DNA from: Gemmatimonadota bacterium
GTDB lineage: Bacteria; Latescibacterota; UBA2968; UBA8231
Reading direction: 5' to 3'
NCBI GenBank assembly: GCA_038153405.1
Contig: JAYOYH010000010.1
Location: 95,782 to 115,026 of the forward strand
DNA length: 19,245 bases
Positions 16,301-19,245 of the stretch are shown in pieces. The notes under the pieces are model-generated. The model saw only the letters and a list, made by a program, of their open reading frames with translations, did not search any database and had not been told where the DNA came from. Numbering within the stretch: the stretch's first letter is position 1; each line of letters opens with the position of its first letter. The translations under genes were made by a program, and so were the position numbers.

Positions 16301-16425
16301 CCCTGATGGTAGAGCACGCGAAAGTGATCTGTTTCAAAAACCTGCCACTGCAATTCGGGGTGGTTCTGCGCATGGGCGCCGCGCAACCACAGAAGGGAAA
16401 ACAGCAGGACGCCCCATGCCCTCAC
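13348..16425 (-). CDS. Peptidase MA-like domain + PD40/TolB-like beta-propeller + Omp85/BamA-like C-terminal barrel (about 1025 aa)
   Basis: GTG start overlaps the upstream TGA (GTGA). Signal peptide ends AHA. HEFTH at 16051-16065 and WFAEGAA. Repeated P.(W/F)SPDG motifs. C-terminal aromatic-rich amphipathic strands with LGG..FMKGY and YGDIGKAW, resembling the Omp85 VRGY and FxDxG motifs. Confidence 0.8.
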   Translation of the reverse strand: MRAWGVLLFSLLWLRGAHAQNHPELQWQVFETDHFRVLYHQGLEVAASRAGQIAEEAYGPITRLYDYEPSEKVRIVLKDFDDYANGAAFFYHDTIEIWTTSLDHDYELRGTSDWLRNVITHEFTHIISLGVSRKTVQRVPALYLQYFGYQREKNRPDILVGYPEAIASYPVMSTVVPMWFAEGAAQYMAEGARRDRWDAHRDMVLRMQVLEGAPLSFDEMGVFGKCGFGNEYVYDHGFGLTRYIAREYGDEMLAELYRGAARWHNLNVDGLFAEKLGRTVDQLHADWIADMRVRYEAQVASLGPLREGEVVVDEGFSNMRPRLSSDGQRLAYLSTKKRHYGPHLLVVRDLESGEDEVIAPAVAASALSFSPTEDKLVFARIDRADRYGSRQSDIYAYDFSIEEPGLVHGAAWLVPTLVRGYGAEPAREGRLSRGLRGLYPAHSPDGQWIAFVHNEGTNNNLGTMRADGSDVHYLTEIADGTQLYSPRFAPDGAHIALSIARDGQRDIALLRVREENGQLRAEDRWELLVSTSGTDRDPAWSPDGTRLYFSSDISGIFNIYSIELATGTVQQITNVRGGAFNPTVNAKGQVYFSAYAADGFEIRRIDSEGTSVSLERRVSGANDVHLRRPSTVSARSGQPYGTDFLKTSILPRLSIDEGRFKPGLYASSSDVLYRQNVFVGAALAPANGDRDLFALYEYSGLRPTLFLEAFHQKRHSARGDSTDARDAIIDGVNFSLNQISIGARGRLGRHGELTASATYDRYDASVQWRAFVPRRDGNIGLLLENQKPFGYTYLNGFGLGLTYRLDLLARRRDREISPVGRKIYARYDRMYNYFLDSFNEQASFIDEEFIKLFYNQFTLEWNEYIALPWNGRLGLRFFGGWIASDAVDDKEAVNDFFDYHLGGLSFMKGYTFYSIEGRKAAMGTATLRFPLIAHWGARFLHVYVDKVYGAVYGDIGKAWDRALDEPDSFYGRKAPLRDVGGQLRFDLNSYYSVPTRVQVDLAYGIDEVAERSPWKFYLTVLFGYL

Positions 16426-19244
16426 TGGCTCACCGCCATTTTTACGAGCGCACTGGCACTGCGCGAGGCGGTTTTTGCGCGCAGCTTCAGCAGGTACACC
16501 CCGCTGGCATACGCATCCACATCCCAAGCCGTATCATTTTCTCCGAGGTGGCCGGCCAGCGCCATGCGCTCGACGAGCGCACCCAGCGCATCGTAGACTT
16601 CCACCTCAACCGAAGCGTCTTCTCGCAGGAAAAAGCGCAGATGGGCGCGCGCGCCGTCGGCCACGGGGTTGGGATAGCAGTAGACGCCTTCCAAAATACG
16701 GGCTGCGCTATCAGGCCCCTGTACGAGGCCGTCCGAGCGGACAAAGCGCATACCGTCGGCCCGTCCGTCGGCCTGCCCCCAATCGGCCGCCGTGCCCACG
16801 TACTGCGGATCGACCGCGCGCAGATCCCAGACGTAGAGCGCGTCCTCTGCAAGAGCTGCAATATCGAGCAAACCGTCCCCATCGAAATCGGCTACCACCG
16901 GCGCATAGACCGGAGGTACTGCCATGAGCAAGGGAAACTCCGGCACCATATCCCCCGTATGGTCCATCGCATAGATGCCGTGCGCACCGGCCAAGACGAT
17001 CTCTCCATCGCCGCGCCCATCGAGATCGGCTATCACCGGCTCGTAGAGCAAGCGCCCAGCCTGCACATAGCGCGGCAGCACCGCGGGAAAATGGGCCTTC
17101 TGCACGCCGTTGGCATCCAGCACGTGCACCCCGTTCACTGCTGCAAAAACGCCTTCCAACAAACCGTCGCCGTCGACGTCGCCCAGCGCCGGTGCGGCCA
17201 CCAGCGAGTCGTTCAGCACCACGACCTGTTCACCCAACAGAATGTGGCCGCCATTCCCTGCCACGAACGTATGCACTTCGTCGCCCTGCTCGGCCCACAG
17301 GCCGGGCAGGGGCTGCTGCTGGCCATCGCCCAGCGCGTTGGCCAGCACCCCGCTGAATCCCACTTCGTTGCCGTAGAGCGATTGAAAGTTGCCGTCTTCG
17401 CTCTCGATTATGGCGCGCAGCACACCGTCGCGCGCATCGATCTCCTCGACGTGGCCAGCTACGATCAGGGCGAGCGTCGGCTCGATAGCGCTACCGGTGC
17501 GGCGAAAGCGCCCAAAGAGCGCATCGCGCACATCTCCCGACAGCGCGTGCTGCCACAAGGGGTTCTCGTCACCTACCTGCCAGGCCTCGACCGCACCGTC
17601 TCGCCGCACAAAGAGTTCGGCGCGGCCATCGCCATCGATATCGCCGGCCGCGAGAAATTGGCCTCCACCAATGCGCCACGGCGAGAGGCCGCCGTCCCAT
17701 TCGGCATAGCGCAAACCGGACGCGTCTTCAACCAGCAATTCGACGTGGCCATCGCCGTCGATATCGGCCGCCTGCAAACGCCGGCCGCCCTCTACGGCCT
17801 GCGGCCAGCCCGCCGCCTGGCGCGCAAAGCGAATAGCCACTTGAACGACGTCGTTGCTCTCCGCCAGCACTTCAATCTCTAAGCCAGTGGCCCACCCGTC
17901 GTTGCTGCGCGAGTTGGGCTGGGTTTCCGCGCCGAACATGCGCGGACCATCGGCGCGAAACGGATCGTCCCGCGAACCCTCAATCTGCCGCAGGCGCTCA
18001 AATAGCGGATAGCCGATATCGCGGTAGCCGTCAGCCTCTTCGAGGGCGATGCCCGGCTGCACGGGATCGTTGTTCATCGCGCCGGCCGGCCTCTCGCTTA
18101 TGACCCGCTCGTCGACGTGCCAAATGAGCAGGCCGGAGCCCGGCACGAACGCATCGTATTCATCCACACCCAACCACACGCCCTCATTTGCTCCTGAAAA
18201 ATCGATTTCGTCTTCGCCAATCCAGGCGATTTCATCGGGATCGGCCCCGATGACCTGCATGCCCTGGGGGGCGCCCTGGCGAGCGCGGCGCTGGCGATAC
18301 TCCAGCAGAAAATACTCCTCATCGTCGATGGGAATGCGCACGGCCTTAGACCATTCGCCCGCGCGATCGGTAGCTAGGATCGATACCACCGTATCGCGCA
18401 GCACCTCAAGCGGCTCGATCCACCCCAGGCGCGCTTTGCTCCAGGCCATGGGATGGGGGGCGACAAAACCTACGACGGGATCCAAGCTATCGCGGCGCAC
18501 AAAGCCCAGCGCGTTGGCCCCCACGTCCATCAGACTCCAACCGCCCAACGCAGGCAGTCCATCGGCGAAATTCGACAGGCCCGGCAGACCGAGTTGGTGG
18601 CCAAAAAACTTAGCCATCAAACCGTTTAACCCACCGCGTCCACTGTCGCTAGGCGACTCGGGCAGAATCCACGCTCGTCTAATGTCAACGCCGCCAATGC
18701 GCAGGGGCCCGCCGGCGTACTGGGCGAAGTCGCTCTCCTCCAAAAACACCGAGCGGATATCGTTTAGCTGTCCGGTCTCGTGTCCGACCCCGGCGTGCAG
18801 TATGAGAAAGCTGTTAAAATCGCTCAGGTTGGGGCCGTCGGGATCGGCAGCGGCTCGTTCCAGTGCATCGCGCAGCAGTTCGATCCAGCGCTGACCTATT
18901 TCTTCGCTGCTGCGCCCGTTGCCATAGTGCAGCATGCGCTGAGGCAGCGTATACGCCGCGCTATTGGCGCGCGGATACACCGCATAGTCAATAGCAACGC
19001 GGCCCTCCGACACCACGTCGTAGTAGCGGCGCAGCGCCTCCAAATGATGCTCGAAATACGTGCGGTCGTGCGGGGGCAAATCGTAGGGGAGCGCGTAACC
19101 GGAGCGCGCCTCGTCGGCGCTGCGCAAGTCAAATTGCCCCCGACCCGTCGTGGTGAATTCGTCCGTATCTTCGTAGGGAAAATCGACTCTCAGAGCGAGG
19201 ATCCGCCACTCCTGTGCACTGACTGCAGCAGTGCACAAAAGCAG
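16422..19244 (-). CDS. M6 (immune inhibitor A)-like metalloprotease homologue with degenerate zinc motif, FG-GAP-like repeats and C-terminal T9SS-like sorting domain (5' end beyond window)
   Basis: Frame stays open to the window edge within a signal peptide (LLLCTAAVSA). M6-like motifs ILALRVDF, ILHAGVG, GHQLGLP, WSLMDVG, AWSKARLGW, EYFLLEYR, GLLIWHVDE. Five DxDGxG repeats. Tail YCYPNPV...VYDALG...WDVDAYASGVYLLKL. Confidence 0.85.
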   Translation of the reverse strand: MLLCTAAVSAQEWRILALRVDFPYEDTDEFTTTGRGQFDLRSADEARSGYALPYDLPPHDRTYFEHHLEALRRYYDVVSEGRVAIDYAVYPRANSAAYTLPQRMLHYGNGRSSEEIGQRWIELLRDALERAAADPDGPNLSDFNSFLILHAGVGHETGQLNDIRSVFLEESDFAQYAGGPLRIGGVDIRRAWILPESPSDSGRGGLNGLMAKFFGHQLGLPGLSNFADGLPALGGWSLMDVGANALGFVRRDSLDPVVGFVAPHPMAWSKARLGWIEPLEVLRDTVVSILATDRAGEWSKAVRIPIDDEEYFLLEYRQRRARQGAPQGMQVIGADPDEIAWIGEDEIDFSGANEGVWLGVDEYDAFVPGSGLLIWHVDERVISERPAGAMNNDPVQPGIALEEADGYRDIGYPLFERLRQIEGSRDDPFRADGPRMFGAETQPNSRSNDGWATGLEIEVLAESNDVVQVAIRFARQAAGWPQAVEGGRRLQAADIDGDGHVELLVEDASGLRYAEWDGGLSPWRIGGGQFLAAGDIDGDGRAELFVRRDGAVEAWQVGDENPLWQHALSGDVRDALFGRFRRTGSAIEPTLALIVAGHVEEIDARDGVLRAIIESEDGNFQSLYGNEVGFSGVLANALGDGQQQPLPGLWAEQGDEVHTFVAGNGGHILLGEQVVVLNDSLVAAPALGDVDGDGLLEGVFAAVNGVHVLDANGVQKAHFPAVLPRYVQAGRLLYEPVIADLDGRGDGEIVLAGAHGIYAMDHTGDMVPEFPLLMAVPPVYAPVVADFDGDGLLDIAALAEDALYVWDLRAVDPQYVGTAADWGQADGRADGMRFVRSDGLVQGPDSAARILEGVYCYPNPVADGARAHLRFFLREDASVEVEVYDALGALVERMALAGHLGENDTAWDVDAYASGVYLLKLRAKTASRSASALVKMAVSQ

Positions 19245-19245
19245 C

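Noticed and set aside
15574..17882. Long plus-strand ORFs (340 and 488 aa)
   Set aside because: Antisense to well-supported genes with no recognisable motifs; typical of GC-rich codon bias.

Overview
GC-rich bacterial chromosomal window. The gene content (PorV-family barrel, YPNP-type C-terminal sorting domains, LexA type) suggests an FCB-superphylum organism outside the classical Bacteroidota, for example Latescibacterota-like; this is inference only. Left end, minus strand: a lipoprotein of more than 615 aa built from tandem FN3-like domains, missing from the ORF track because it runs off the window, preceded by a small exported membrane protein. Middle, plus strand: lexA with candidate SOS boxes, glycerate kinase, a PorV/PorQ-family gene, era, purD, then folB-folK-panC. 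A small Q/R/E-rich gene on the minus strand lies between purD and folB. Right 9 kb, minus strand: a tightly coupled operon of at least five envelope genes. These are an M6-like metalloprotease homologue that has lost its zinc motif (with FG-GAP repeats and a sorting domain), an HEXXH peptidase/beta-propeller/Omp85-like barrel fusion, two paralogous SLLxPGxGQ membrane proteins, and an HEXXH metallopeptidase with a FlgD-Ig/CTD tail. This operon is the best candidate for an uncharacterised system. No RNA genes, CRISPR arrays or mobile elements were seen. All calls come from manual reading; no searches were run.
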